Of a stretch of 64,000 nucleotides of DNA, positions 1 to 9,873 are shown piece by piece. The stretch spans positions 2,528,001 through 2,592,000 of the forward strand of contig OZ244170.1 of NCBI GenBank assembly GCA_965216565.1, in the 5' to 3' direction. The stretch's first letter is position 1; each line of letters starts with the position of its first letter. The stretch is from Bythopirellula sp. GTDB lineage: Bacteria > Planctomycetota > Planctomycetia > Pirellulales > Lacipirellulaceae. The notes under the pieces were generated by a model. It ran no database searches. It worked only from the letters and a program-made list of their open reading frames with translations, and had not been told where the DNA came from. Position numbers and translations under genes: made by a program.

Positions 1-134
1 AATGTCGACTTGCCGGCACCATTGCGGCCTAGCAGTCCAATCCGCCCGCTCCGTTCAATTTGGCAGGAGACATCATCCAACAGACTGGGTCCCCGAAAGC
101 CTATGGAAACATTTTGAATAGAGACTAATGCCAT
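1..134 (-). CDS. ABC-F family ATPase (Uup-like), N-terminus only; runs off the window edge
   Basis: Not in the ORF track. Manual translation gives MALVSIQNVSIGFRGPSLLDDVSCQIERSGRIGLLGRNGAGKST, with a Walker A in the typical Uup N-terminal context. Confidence 0.8.
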   Translation of the reverse strand, partial: MALVSIQNVSIGFRGPSLLDDVSCQIERSGRIGLLGRNGAGKST

Positions 135-178
135 GGAGCGGATGGGCCCGTTGATCAATTGCGGTTTAGTAAAGCTAT

Positions 179-357
179 AGCCACAGAGTTCACAGAGATA
201 AAAGAGAAAGGATTATCCTCTCGGGCGAATTCTCGGGTACTGCCGGCGACTTCTCTTGGTATTACCTTTAAAGAATAGCCAATGCCAAACATAACAACTG
301 AGCTTGTTTCAAGCGAGACAAGTAGATGCCTAAATCTACTCGGTGCTCTCTGTGGCT
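179..357. repeat. Inverted-arm element with ~9-nt periodic arms (CACAGAG type)
   Basis: agccacagagttcacagag (179) is inverted relative to ctcggtgctctctgtggct (339-357). Confidence 0.6.
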
Positions 358-392
358 CATCAGAAGTACTGCTCAGGCGAAGCAAGTGTCGA

Positions 393-1433
393 TTACACCG
401 ACTGCGTTTCGAGATTGGCAGCCTGCGATTGTTGCTGCGGCTGGGCCGTGTGTCCTTCGCGAATCCAATCGAGAATTCGCCAATCGAGCCAACGGAAATC
501 GGGATCGCCGTTGCGAGCAGCCATGAATCCAAGGTGACCGCCACGGGGGACAGTGATGGTTTCAATCCATGAACTCTTTTCTGCTTTCATCAGCGGAGCG
601 ATGGGCACCACCGGGTCGTCTTCGCTAGTAAAGATGGTCACGGGCTGACGGATCGATGCCAGCTTGGGTCCTGGCGAAGCATCCAGATAGTAGGCTTCGG
701 TCGATTGATAGCCCCCGCTAGGTGCGATCACCCAGTCATCGAGTTCGCGTAATTTGCGAGGAGGTCGAGTAATGTTAGGCGGCTGTGATTCTGGGAAGTG
801 AAGCCAACGCTTCAGGTTTTGCTTCCAAAGCAAATTCACAAGATAGCGATCGTATCTACGGCTGATGCCGGAACGAAAATCGATTTCGATCTCAACAAGA
901 TCTACCGGCGGTGAAATCAGGAACGAGCGATCCAGATTTCCAACCCGCATCTCTCCTGCTTCGACGAGCATATTGAGAGCCAAGGTGCCACTCATTGAAA
1001 ATGCGGCAAGATTGGTATTGGTGTCGGGATACAGTTCGGCAATGTGCTCCAACGCCGCGGCAACGTCTTGCCAGCGTCCGCAATGAGTCGGCTTGCTGGC
1101 CACGCTAATGCCGTCGCCGCAACCGCGCATGTCCATTCGAAAAGCACGGTAACCTCGGGCCCCAAGCTTTTCGACCATTCGGCAAAGATAAGTGCTGGTG
1201 TGGCAACCCGCCAAGCCGTGAATCATCAAGACGTTTGGAAGCGCTGGATCGACGAATTCCGGCTGCTCTTCGTGCAGCACCAATTGATCGCCATCGCTTA
1301 GGTTAACGAAGTGTTTCTTCGCACTGTAAGGAGCATACTTACGCGGCCAGGTGATACCCATCACGGTCTGCGCGTGACGGTTCGCCATCATCGGATGGAC
1401 GTGAAATTTCCATTTTTCACTACGGTCTGCCAT
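393..1433 (-). CDS. YheT-family alpha/beta hydrolase
   Basis: HAQT, IHGLAG, FRMDMRGCG, nucleophile elbow AFSMSG, DDPVVP, GGHLGF. Confidence 0.85.
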   Translation of the reverse strand: MADRSEKWKFHVHPMMANRHAQTVMGITWPRKYAPYSAKKHFVNLSDGDQLVLHEEQPEFVDPALPNVLMIHGLAGCHTSTYLCRMVEKLGARGYRAFRMDMRGCGDGISVASKPTHCGRWQDVAAALEHIAELYPDTNTNLAAFSMSGTLALNMLVEAGEMRVGNLDRSFLISPPVDLVEIEIDFRSGISRRYDRYLVNLLWKQNLKRWLHFPESQPPNITRPPRKLRELDDWVIAPSGGYQSTEAYYLDASPGPKLASIRQPVTIFTSEDDPVVPIAPLMKAEKSSWIETITVPRGGHLGFMAARNGDPDFRWLDWRILDWIREGHTAQPQQQSQAANLETQSV

Positions 1434-1784
1434 GGCACTCGTGGGGGAAACGCGGCGGGGAATACTTGAACTTTAACTACCAGTTTACCAGATATATGTT
1501 CTTGTTCGAGGCCTGTACCCGAACAGGCCGATCCACTGTCTTAATTGCTACATGCGTCACGGTTTACCAGCCTCTGCTAACCACTGCCAGCAATCATTTG
1601 GTTGAGAGTGTCTCGCCCTCGGTCCGAAATAACCAACTAGAGCACAGCGTGTCGGCAGGCGACCGAGGCCGATTCTTTCCTTACGGAATCACCCACCGAA
1701 TAGGTCGCTGCCCAGCGTCAGTTGCTCTAACTTTGGCATCGGAAGTCCAAAGCACGCTTCTTGAAACTTAGCGAAAGGCACGTG

Positions 1785-2543
1785 ATGGATCGAGACTTAA
1801 TTGTGCCCCGAGTCGCATTTGTAATCAACCTCGCTTCCAGCGATTCGACTCGACTTAGCCCAGCCCGACTACGTCACTTAATTCATCTGTTCCGCAGCCA
1901 CCGCATTCATGCGACATGGGCGGTAGAAGATGCCAGCATGGCGGCGCTGCTGCAAGAGCAGTCTGCCGAATTGTCCGCCGACCACGTAGCGCTGAATCTA
2001 CGGCATCTCGAAACCGGTCCTCAACTTGCCGGCCGCGAGTTTAGTGCCAAATTGACCACCAGCATGAACGATTTGGCTTCCTCCTTAAGCGAACCCCCTC
2101 GTGTTGTTCTCAGTAATGGTACCGAGCTGCGCTCGCGGTTGCCCCTGCTGTCGAAGTGGGGAATCTGTTCCGTAGTTTCCACTGGGCAACATCGGTCCCA
2201 AAGTGCTCGGCCCCGTGCCCTCTCCTGCGGACTGTGGCAAGTGACGCCCAGCATTGAACTTCCCCGACGTGGCATGTGGCAGCGAATGACTCGACGAGGT
2301 CCTTCGGTACGAGAGATTTCTGCGGCCGCCGTGCAAGACACCGTCCTGGTGAGCGTGAATTCGACTGAATTCGAAAAACAAAGCGCCCGCCATGTTCAGT
2401 CGTTCGAGAAGTTCCTGCGCGAAGCGTCCTGGGGCGCCAGCCGAGGCCAGGTCGACCTGTGTTCGGTGATCGAGATTGTCGAAGGGCTAGCGGAGCGTCA
2501 TCAGGTGCGGCCCCAGCAATCGATTCTGAAAGTGGCTGCCTAA
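1785..2543 (+). CDS. Hypothetical protein, possible degenerate polysaccharide-deacetylase-like fold
   Basis: Long ORF; LFRSHRIHATWAV resembles the NodB-like ATWAV motif; start uncertain (1761/1785). Confidence 0.6.
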   Translation: MDRDLIVPRVAFVINLASSDSTRLSPARLRHLIHLFRSHRIHATWAVEDASMAALLQEQSAELSADHVALNLRHLETGPQLAGREFSAKLTTSMNDLASSLSEPPRVVLSNGTELRSRLPLLSKWGICSVVSTGQHRSQSARPRALSCGLWQVTPSIELPRRGMWQRMTRRGPSVREISAAAVQDTVLVSVNSTEFEKQSARHVQSFEKFLREASWGASRGQVDLCSVIEIVEGLAERHQVRPQQSILKVAA

Positions 2544-2562
2544 ATTAAACGCAGAGTTCTCC

Positions 2563-2623
2563 GTAGCTGGATTCGCCAGAATTCAGAAACTCCTGCGGAC
2601 TGAATTCTTGCGAATCCAGCTAC
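2563..2623. repeat. GTAG-type REP doublet (REPIN), copy 1
   Basis: GTAGCTGGATTCGCCAGAATTCAG - 13 nt - CTGAATTCTTGCGAATCCAGCTAC; near-identical copies at 34675 and 45029. Confidence 0.9.
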
Positions 2624-2651
2624 CACGGATGAGCCATCTCAGACGGTGGCC

Positions 2652-2834
2652 TTACTTCTGTTCCCGGAAGGTGCTGAAGCTGACGTAGCCGAGAATGATC
2701 CCCGCGATGATGCCGCCGATATTCATGGTCATCTGGGCACCGCCGAAAGGGATGCCGGCGACCAGGTCGAGCGTGAATAGGAGCGTCAATAGCGCGGCGA
2801 CGACCAAACCAAAGATCGTCAACGCCTTAGCCAT
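2652..2834 (-). CDS. Small two-TM membrane protein
   Basis: MAKALTIFGLVVAALL..., two hydrophobic helices, CAGGAG RBS. Confidence 0.75.
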   Translation of the reverse strand: MAKALTIFGLVVAALLTLLFTLDLVAGIPFGGAQMTMNIGGIIAGIILGYVSFSTFREQK

Positions 2835-3009
2835 ACCCGCTCCTGTACTCGTGGACACCTGCATCAGAGAAGCCTCAAAACTGGGCTCGAAACCTCTAGT
2901 ATAATTCGTGATTTTCGGCTGTCAGGGCTTGTTGAGGGCAAAGTGAGAAATTTGCTCCCCTTGAGAATCGGCGTAATTGGACGGCGATTGAGAGGAGATT
3001 CGGCTGGTT

Positions 3010-3606
3010 CTAGGAGGCAGTCGTCAGCGAACCGGCAGACTCCGTTGGCTCGACATCCAGGCCTCGCTCTTGGCGAATAACGCGCACTTGAGCCACAATC
3101 TCCTCGATCACCTGTTGATTGAGCATGATGTTTGTCCAAGCCCGAAAGTAAGTCCAACCCACCAGGGCCAGGCCCAATAGCGAGGCAACGAAGTGGTAGT
3201 CGGCCATTGCTTGAGTACCCTCTCGGCCCGTGCCAGGATCGGAGGCTGCTCCCAGGGCTCCGACGCCTACGACGGTTAGCATTCCCACCACGCACCAAGG
3301 GAATGTCTTCCGCTTGAGCTGAGTACTTTTGGCCAGCGATATCGGATCGAGGCCGTAGGTTTCCGTCACTTCCTTGCACCAGCGGCTCGTGCCAATGAAG
3401 TAGGTGACAACCACACTGTGCAGGAACACAACCGCCAATGCGGTAGCCGTGCCGGTGAGCATGTGAACTCCCCGTGCCTGAAGCGTGCCTTCCAACACTT
3501 CCATATCAGATAGATCGTAAAGATCGCCAATCCATAGCCCCAGGACAATCGAAGCCAGAAACAGGCCCAGCGAGAGAAACGCCAGCGTGGTAAATATGCG
3601 GGGCAT
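3010..3606 (-). CDS. Four-TM membrane protein, hypothetical
   Basis: 198-aa ORF with four hydrophobic segments and His residues in TM segments. Confidence 0.75.
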   Translation of the reverse strand: MPRIFTTLAFLSLGLFLASIVLGLWIGDLYDLSDMEVLEGTLQARGVHMLTGTATALAVVFLHSVVVTYFIGTSRWCKEVTETYGLDPISLAKSTQLKRKTFPWCVVGMLTVVGVGALGAASDPGTGREGTQAMADYHFVASLLGLALVGWTYFRAWTNIMLNQQVIEEIVAQVRVIRQERGLDVEPTESAGSLTTAS

Positions 3607-3771
3607 TGAGGGGTGAGGATTCAGGGGTCAGGGGATTGAGATTTGCCGGAGGCTTCTCTCTCAATTCTATCCGTCCAAGTCAAGTTGCGTTAGGGCCGTT
3701 GTTTGTTTGGGGGAATCGCTCTAGATTGATAACTGACCTGCCACAGCCCCAAACCTCCACGCATACACACT

Positions 3772-4797
3772 ATGTCGACCAAGCCGCTACTTGCAATCAC
3801 CATGGGCGATGCCGCGGGCGTGGGCCCCGAAGTCATTGTGAAGGCTTGGTCGGATGAACGAATTCACGAAGCCTGCCGACTGGTCGTTTTGGGGCACCCA
3901 GAGGTACTTCGCACCGCGGCCAAACTACTCCAGAGTTCACTTACCATTGAGGAGTGCCAAGACACCACCTCGGTTGCAGACGATCCGCAAATCATCTCGT
4001 GCCTTCCGATTGGCTCGGACGATGTGCTGGATGTGACACCCGGCAGCCTTGATCGGCGCACGGGTCATGCAGCCTACGAGGCAGTCATTCGAGCCGCCGC
4101 GGGCGCCAAATCGGGCGAGTTCCAAGGACTGGTGACCGCTCCCCTAAGCAAAGCCGGGCTGCACGCTGCGGGGCATATGTATCCGGGCCATACCGAATTG
4201 CTAGCCGAGCTTTGCGGTGTGGACAATTTTGCGATGATGCTTTATCTGCCGCCCGAGGAAGTGCCCCAATGTCCGGCCGGTTTGGGCGTGGCCCATGTGA
4301 CCCTCCACATGGCGATGCGGGACGTGTTCGACCACTTATCGTCCGAAGCGATCGCCGCGAAGTGTCAATTAGCTGCGCGGGTAATGGGCGAAGGGTTTAG
4401 ACTCGAAGCTCCGCGCATCGGGGTATGTGCGCTCAACCCCCATGCGGGCGAAGATGGCCTATTCGGCGACGAAGAATCCACCATCATCGCCCCTGGAGTG
4501 CAACAAGCGATCGATGCAGGCGTAAACGCCACTGGCCCCTTCCCCACCGACACCCTGATGGGCCGTGCCCGCGATGGAGAGTTCGACGCGGTTGTGGCCA
4601 TGTATCACGATCAAGGTCACATCGCCTTGAAACTGCTGGGGATGCACCGCGCAGTGAATATCACACTGGGCCTACCCATCGTGCGGACGAGCGTCGCCCA
4701 CGGCACCGCTTACGATTGTGCCTGGCAGGGCGTAGCCGAATCAACGGGCATGGTGGCGGCGATTCTCACGGCGACAAAGCTGGCGAATAAATCTTAG
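3772..4797 (+). CDS. pdxA: 4-hydroxythreonine-4-phosphate dehydrogenase
   Basis: ITMGDAAGVGPE, YPGHTELLA, LNPHAGE, AMYHDQG, RTSVAHGTAYD. Confidence 0.95.
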   Translation: MSTKPLLAITMGDAAGVGPEVIVKAWSDERIHEACRLVVLGHPEVLRTAAKLLQSSLTIEECQDTTSVADDPQIISCLPIGSDDVLDVTPGSLDRRTGHAAYEAVIRAAAGAKSGEFQGLVTAPLSKAGLHAAGHMYPGHTELLAELCGVDNFAMMLYLPPEEVPQCPAGLGVAHVTLHMAMRDVFDHLSSEAIAAKCQLAARVMGEGFRLEAPRIGVCALNPHAGEDGLFGDEESTIIAPGVQQAIDAGVNATGPFPTDTLMGRARDGEFDAVVAMYHDQGHIALKLLGMHRAVNITLGLPIVRTSVAHGTAYDCAWQGVAESTGMVAAILTATKLANKS

Positions 4798-4875
4798 CCC
4801 CTGGCTCCGCCGGGGGATGATCGTAGGCAATTCGCAACGAAAGAGTGTGTCATCCCCCGGCGGAGCCGGGGGCTA
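4795..4875. repeat. Long inverted repeat (26-bp arms), REP-like, between convergent genes
   Basis: tagcccctggctccgccgggggatga ... tcatcccccggcggagccgggggcta; includes the pdxA stop codon. Confidence 0.8.
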
Positions 4876-4901
4876 TTGACGTTTGCGACTTTCGGACGGG
4901 G

Positions 4902-5831
4902 CTATTGTCGTTTGGCTTCCATCAGTTCAAACACGAGCGCTGTTTCGTCGCTCCACTGGACGTCACCGGGACGGTATTCGAAGAGCGAATCCTTTAAGGC
5001 CGCGGCAAACTGCACTTCGAAGATTTCGTAGCGAAGTAGCGGATCCTTGGTCGGCAAAACTCCCGCTGCGCTCTGAGCCAATGCCGAATCGACAGAGCGG
5101 CGATGCTCGATCACATAGGGGAATAGATTGTTTTGTCCAACGAGTACGAGCACGTGGTGAGGAATTTGCTGGGGCCAAGTCGAAGCGTCCGCATCCTCTG
5201 AAATCTTGGGCCATTGGGATTGTAGTTGGTCAGGTCGCCAGTGACCCACCATCGCGTAGGCCGCCAGACCATTGAGCTGTGTCTTGCGACGGGGTGCGAA
5301 GGTATACCGGCGGAGCAAATCGGCAACCATCTCCGCGAGGCCCCCCTGCCCTTCTGTCATCGCGACCAATGAGGTCCAAGGCAGGGCTTGCCGCTTCGCG
5401 GCCAGGCGCGAGGAACGTCGTAAAGATTGCAGTCGACCTACATCTAACCGCAAGACTCGACGGCCACTGGGCAGTGTGCGATCCGTCCAGAGATGTTCGC
5501 CATCGAACACCTGGACGTAGCTGGCGGTCGTATCGGCAACCTGGCTTTGCATTTCCCAGCGTGTGCGGCGCTGATTGCCCACGCCGAGCTGCCAATACTT
5601 GCCAGACCCCATGACGGTGTCGTCGTAGAGTCGAGCTTGATGCCGTAGCCGAGCAGAAACGCTGGCACGCCGCTGGAGCGTGGCTAGCACTTCAGCCAGG
5701 AAGCGGTCGCCTTCCGACCCTTGCTGCGATGCAGGGACCTGTTTAGGCACAACCAGCGGAGTTTGAGCCACCGCCACAGGCAGGGCGCACACGACCGTCA
5801 GCGATAGCACTATGGCTGGCAAGCGTGGCAA
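4902..5831 (-). CDS. Secreted hypothetical protein, possible LolA-like fold
   Basis: Signal peptide (…PVAVA-Q); VQVFDGEHLW and C-terminal SLFEYRP resemble LolA-like carriers. Confidence 0.7.
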   Translation of the reverse strand: MPRLPAIVLSLTVVCALPVAVAQTPLVVPKQVPASQQGSEGDRFLAEVLATLQRRASVSARLRHQARLYDDTVMGSGKYWQLGVGNQRRTRWEMQSQVADTTASYVQVFDGEHLWTDRTLPSGRRVLRLDVGRLQSLRRSSRLAAKRQALPWTSLVAMTEGQGGLAEMVADLLRRYTFAPRRKTQLNGLAAYAMVGHWRPDQLQSQWPKISEDADASTWPQQIPHHVLVLVGQNNLFPYVIEHRRSVDSALAQSAAGVLPTKDPLLRYEIFEVQFAAALKDSLFEYRPGDVQWSDETALVFELMEAKRQ

Positions 5832-6147
5832 AGTTTTCTACCTCTAACGGTTTTACCGGTTTTACCAAAGATTCCGCTTCCCATCCGCCGACCATTAACT
5901 TCGAGGAGCGTACTTGAACCAACCCCAGGTACGCGATCGAGTCGCGATGGGTTGGCAGATTCTAGTGGGAGTTTGCCTTGCCGGTCCACGGCAACTAGCA
6001 GAAAGCTGGAGATGTTCGCTCCAACGATTGCTAGCACGGGCATAGCTTGCACAACAATTCACAAGAAGTTGCCATCTGACAGGGATGGGCTTCGAACGAG
6101 AAATCATCACTACACGCTCTCGCTGTTGACATGCGGAGGGGAACAAC

Positions 6148-7437
6148 ATGAACAGAAGAATAGCAATCTACGCCTTATGTACGTTGGCTGCGTTTGCACC
6201 CAGCGCCGGCTATGCCCAAATGTTGGCCGGTATGGGGCCACGCGTGGCACACAACCTGCCACCTGCACAGCGACTCATGGAACCCGGCCCCGGCGTCGGT
6301 GGACCAGGTCCTGGGGTACTGCACCCCATGGCAAGTCGTATGGCTGCCGGCGGAGGCGGAGGCGCTGTTTCGCCTACCATGGGCTACTCCCCAGGATGCC
6401 TGCCTGTGCCAGCGATGAACGCGACCTCTCAAATTGCCTTTCTCGGTGCCGAGGGTACTGAAGTGGCTTGGGATATCAGCGGTCAAGGATTGTTCGACTC
6501 GGTGCCCTTAGTGATGCCAGGTCGACAGAACTTTCCCCAGGCAGCCATCTACCGCTTGAAGCTGACAAATTTGCCGGACCGCCCCGGAACGGAGTTGTTT
6601 CCTACCCTGGAAGTCGCTCCCGTCACTCCGCGGACCGATGCCTATCTGGCACATGCACCAATTCCTATTCAGATTACAGACGAAGATTTGGATCAGGTCC
6701 TCAGTGGCAATTTTGTGACGAAGGTAATTTATCTACCAGATCCGGAGTTTCAAGAATTGGCTCTGGCCGGTGTGGAAACATTGGTGAGCACACGGCTCGA
6801 TCCGGGTGTCGATCCGATTTCCGAGGCCGACCGTCGCGGTTCTATCATGGCGATCTTGCGTATCGGTAACCTCGATCTCCAGCTCCCCGGCAACGGACTT
6901 GCTGGTCAAGGTGGAGTTACACATGCCGGTTACAACGAAGATGGCTCGCCCGTCGATCCGGTTGCCTACGATGGATACGGTTCGCAGTACTGTGGACCTC
7001 AAGGCATGGGCGGCCCTCAGGGAATGCAAACCGCCGGGTTTGCCCCTCAAGCCACTCCGCCACACTTGGTGTCGGGTATGACCACACCTCAATGGGGTAT
7101 GCCGCACGTGGGTACGCCGATTGGGCTACCCGGTCCGCCGCATCTTCCGATGGGTCACGAAGCCGGTTTGACTTCGCACACCATCAAGAACAAGACACGG
7201 GTGCGAATGCCACCTCCGGTTCACAACATGAGCATGACTGTGAAGCAACGTCCCGGAATGAACTATCCGCGTCCCGTCAATCACGTCAGCGTCTCTGAGA
7301 CGAATCGTGCTGGGCTGCGGTTGTTCGGTGGTCCGACCAATAATCGTGACGGCGGCAAGCCAACCTTGTGGCAACGATTGACTTCCAAGAAATGCGACGT
7401 TTGCGATTGTCCTAACGGAGAATGTGTGTGTCAGTAA
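6148..7437 (+). CDS. Secreted Pro/Gly-rich hypothetical protein with Cys-rich C-terminus
   Basis: Signal peptide (AGYA-Q), GGAGG RBS, core domain shared with the next gene, ends CDVCDCPNGECVCQ. Confidence 0.85.
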   Translation: MNRRIAIYALCTLAAFAPSAGYAQMLAGMGPRVAHNLPPAQRLMEPGPGVGGPGPGVLHPMASRMAAGGGGGAVSPTMGYSPGCLPVPAMNATSQIAFLGAEGTEVAWDISGQGLFDSVPLVMPGRQNFPQAAIYRLKLTNLPDRPGTELFPTLEVAPVTPRTDAYLAHAPIPIQITDEDLDQVLSGNFVTKVIYLPDPEFQELALAGVETLVSTRLDPGVDPISEADRRGSIMAILRIGNLDLQLPGNGLAGQGGVTHAGYNEDGSPVDPVAYDGYGSQYCGPQGMGGPQGMQTAGFAPQATPPHLVSGMTTPQWGMPHVGTPIGLPGPPHLPMGHEAGLTSHTIKNKTRVRMPPPVHNMSMTVKQRPGMNYPRPVNHVSVSETNRAGLRLFGGPTNNRDGGKPTLWQRLTSKKCDVCDCPNGECVCQ

Positions 7438-7522
7438 GCCTGGAGGTGGGAGGCTGGCGGTATTAGGTCCGAGTTTCCCACCGATCATTAACCAATCTTC
7501 AACTGACGATACACAACTAAAC

Positions 7523-8332
7523 ATGACAACGGTACGCTTTGGCTTAGGTTCCGAACTTGTTCGGACATTGGTCGCTGGCAAACTGCTATGGGCAGCGTTG
7601 GCGGGAATGCTGGTTTGCACTTCGGTGTGGGCCCAGTCTCCTCCAACACACTGGCTTCACGCTGGTGCCATGCCCCCGGGAGCGATTGGTCGTCAGCGAC
7701 TGATCCGAGGCGCTCCGTTGTCAGGGTACTGTCAGCCAGTCGAGATTCGTGCTCCCCAGGGGGCACGAATCGCGGCGGCGGCAGGATCCGGTTTTTACGA
7801 AGGTCGTGAAGACAAGCTACTGGTGGGACTCACGATCGCCACGGTCTATCGATTCAAGGTGACCGATATCCCCGACGCGCCAGGCGTTGAGCTCTTTCCC
7901 ACTCTCGAAGTGATCGATCGCTTGCATCCGCCCTGCGGAATGAAGCTGCGATTTCCTATTCCTGTGGAACTCACGCGGGAAGAATTGCTGAGCGCGGCCG
8001 AGGGACGATTTATCACTCGGGTGATCTATCTGGAAGATCCCCTGTTGGCGCTACCTCTCGACGAACAAGACGAGCAAAGGTGGGTGGAAGCCCGACCAGG
8101 CGACGATCCATTGGTGGTTGCCGATTCGCTCGGGCGACCCATGGCCATTCTGCGGCTCGGGGGTCGCGTGCCGATTGTCGACGCAGAGAATCCGGCATTC
8201 AACTACGGCGCACCACCGGTGCAAGTTTACGACGTACCAAACACGAATCATCGACCGGTCACCGAACGCCCACCCGAAGTGATCGAACTCTCTTCACGGT
8301 TTTCGGCGAAGAAACTACCGGGAAAGAAGTAA
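7523..8332 (+). CDS. Secreted hypothetical protein, paralog of 6148-7437
   Basis: Signal peptide (SVWA-Q); ELFPTLEV, PIP.., VIYLEDP and MAILRLG shared with the upstream ORF; start inferred. Confidence 0.8.
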   Translation: MTTVRFGLGSELVRTLVAGKLLWAALAGMLVCTSVWAQSPPTHWLHAGAMPPGAIGRQRLIRGAPLSGYCQPVEIRAPQGARIAAAAGSGFYEGREDKLLVGLTIATVYRFKVTDIPDAPGVELFPTLEVIDRLHPPCGMKLRFPIPVELTREELLSAAEGRFITRVIYLEDPLLALPLDEQDEQRWVEARPGDDPLVVADSLGRPMAILRLGGRVPIVDAENPAFNYGAPPVQVYDVPNTNHRPVTERPPEVIELSSRFSAKKLPGKK

Positions 8333-8337
8333 CCCAA

Positions 8338-9744
8338 GTGGCAAGTTTGAACAAACAGAATTCGACTCGTCCGATGGCGATTCCGCCTAGGGGAACAACA
8401 CCCCCAACGTGGTTTCGCTTGGGGTTGGTCGCCGCGGTGACGCTGATTCTCTGTTCGTGTCGCGCGACAAACTCGCCGACAAATTCTTCGACGATTTCGT
8501 TGAATTCTAATCCGGCCAAGTCGGATGCGGAAATCAGAGAATCAATCGTCTCTGCCGTGAAGTTAGTCGAAGACCGGCAAATTGTCCAAGCTGCACACAA
8601 GCAGGCGATACCGCTAAAGAAGGCGGCGGCAAAAGAATTGCCGGGGAAATCTTCCTCAGATAAAACAATTGTCGACCCAGGCGTGGTCAATGCGCTCTAC
8701 ACAGAAAACGTCGGCAGCAAAAAACAGACTTCCAAGACCCGGCAAGTCGCTCATGTCGAGCAAGTGGCTTGCGACTCTTGCAGTCCAGCCACGATGGGGC
8801 CCTGTGTAGTATGTATGCCCGAGGACTGTGGCATTGGCCCAGCCGACGAATACTTGTGCGATGGCGGCGACTTCGGACTGCCCGCAGGTGTGCGAGCTAA
8901 TTGGCAGATCGACGGTTTGGAGCAAGAAGACACTATCGCCCATTACGACACAGTCGATGGTCGTACAATCGTCGCGCCCAGTAACCGCGTTTGCATTTAT
9001 GCTCCGCGCTTTGGAGTCGTACGGAAGGCCATCGACCTGCATGCCTACAATCGCTACGAAATGCCCGGTGGCTTCGAGGCAGATCTTTCCTTGTCAGGCA
9101 TCGAGGAAGACGAACGGGCCGCGACATCGCTCAACCAACTCGAGCCGAACATCAACCGAGCTGAGAATCCTCCGAGCCTGATGCTGGAGCAGCAGAAGGC
9201 GGGTGAGTTGGCGCTGGACATCGAAGTCCGCGAGTACGATGGTGCACTGGCCGCCTATGCCGACTTGCAGATTATTCGCGCCGGCATCATCGACAACGAA
9301 GAGAAGGCCTTGATTGCTGAAGGGGTGGATGCGGCCATCACCTGGGCTGGCGACCAAGCTGCACAAGTGACAATCGACAAACGCAGAGCCCAGGCAGAGG
9401 TGAGCGTTGTCCAACCGGGCGTGGTGTATCACGACGAGCAGCCGAATAATCCAAGATTGCGGCTAGTGAAACTCGCCTCCACGGGCACCGCGTTGCCGGG
9501 CGACGAAGTCGAGTTCACTCTACGATTCGATAACATTGGCGACCGCGTGATTGGCAATGTGACCATCGTCGACAACCTGACAACACGGCTCGAGTACATC
9601 CCCGAGACCGCCCAGGCAAGCGTCGACGCCGAATTCTCGGCCGAGCCCAACAAGCACGGCTCAGTTATCATGCGCTGGGAAATCACCGAGCCCGTCGAAC
9701 CAGGCGAAGGCGGCATCCTGCGATTCAAGTGTCGGGTACGGTAA
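8338..9744 (+). CDS. DUF11-domain lipoprotein
   Basis: Lipobox-like LILCSC; C-terminal LVKLAS..ALPGDEVEFTLRFDNIG..VTIVDNL is a DUF11 repeat; start 8338 or 8374. Confidence 0.8.
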   Translation: MASLNKQNSTRPMAIPPRGTTPPTWFRLGLVAAVTLILCSCRATNSPTNSSTISLNSNPAKSDAEIRESIVSAVKLVEDRQIVQAAHKQAIPLKKAAAKELPGKSSSDKTIVDPGVVNALYTENVGSKKQTSKTRQVAHVEQVACDSCSPATMGPCVVCMPEDCGIGPADEYLCDGGDFGLPAGVRANWQIDGLEQEDTIAHYDTVDGRTIVAPSNRVCIYAPRFGVVRKAIDLHAYNRYEMPGGFEADLSLSGIEEDERAATSLNQLEPNINRAENPPSLMLEQQKAGELALDIEVREYDGALAAYADLQIIRAGIIDNEEKALIAEGVDAAITWAGDQAAQVTIDKRRAQAEVSVVQPGVVYHDEQPNNPRLRLVKLASTGTALPGDEVEFTLRFDNIGDRVIGNVTIVDNLTTRLEYIPETAQASVDAEFSAEPNKHGSVIMRWEITEPVEPGEGGILRFKCRVR

Positions 9745-9873
9745 GGCTTGAGGCTGTTGGCTGGAGGCGGTAGGCTCTTGGTTTCCGCCTTCGATCGATC
9801 CTGTCGCTGACGCTCGGGGCTAGCTGAGTTTTCCGCTCCCCCCTACCCTCCCGCCTGAAGCCTACCGTCTCAC

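Noticed and set aside
8080..8337. Extended N-terminus of the DUF11 ORF overlapping the upstream gene
   Set aside because: Overlaps a real CDS; the lipoprotein signal implies a start at 8338-8374
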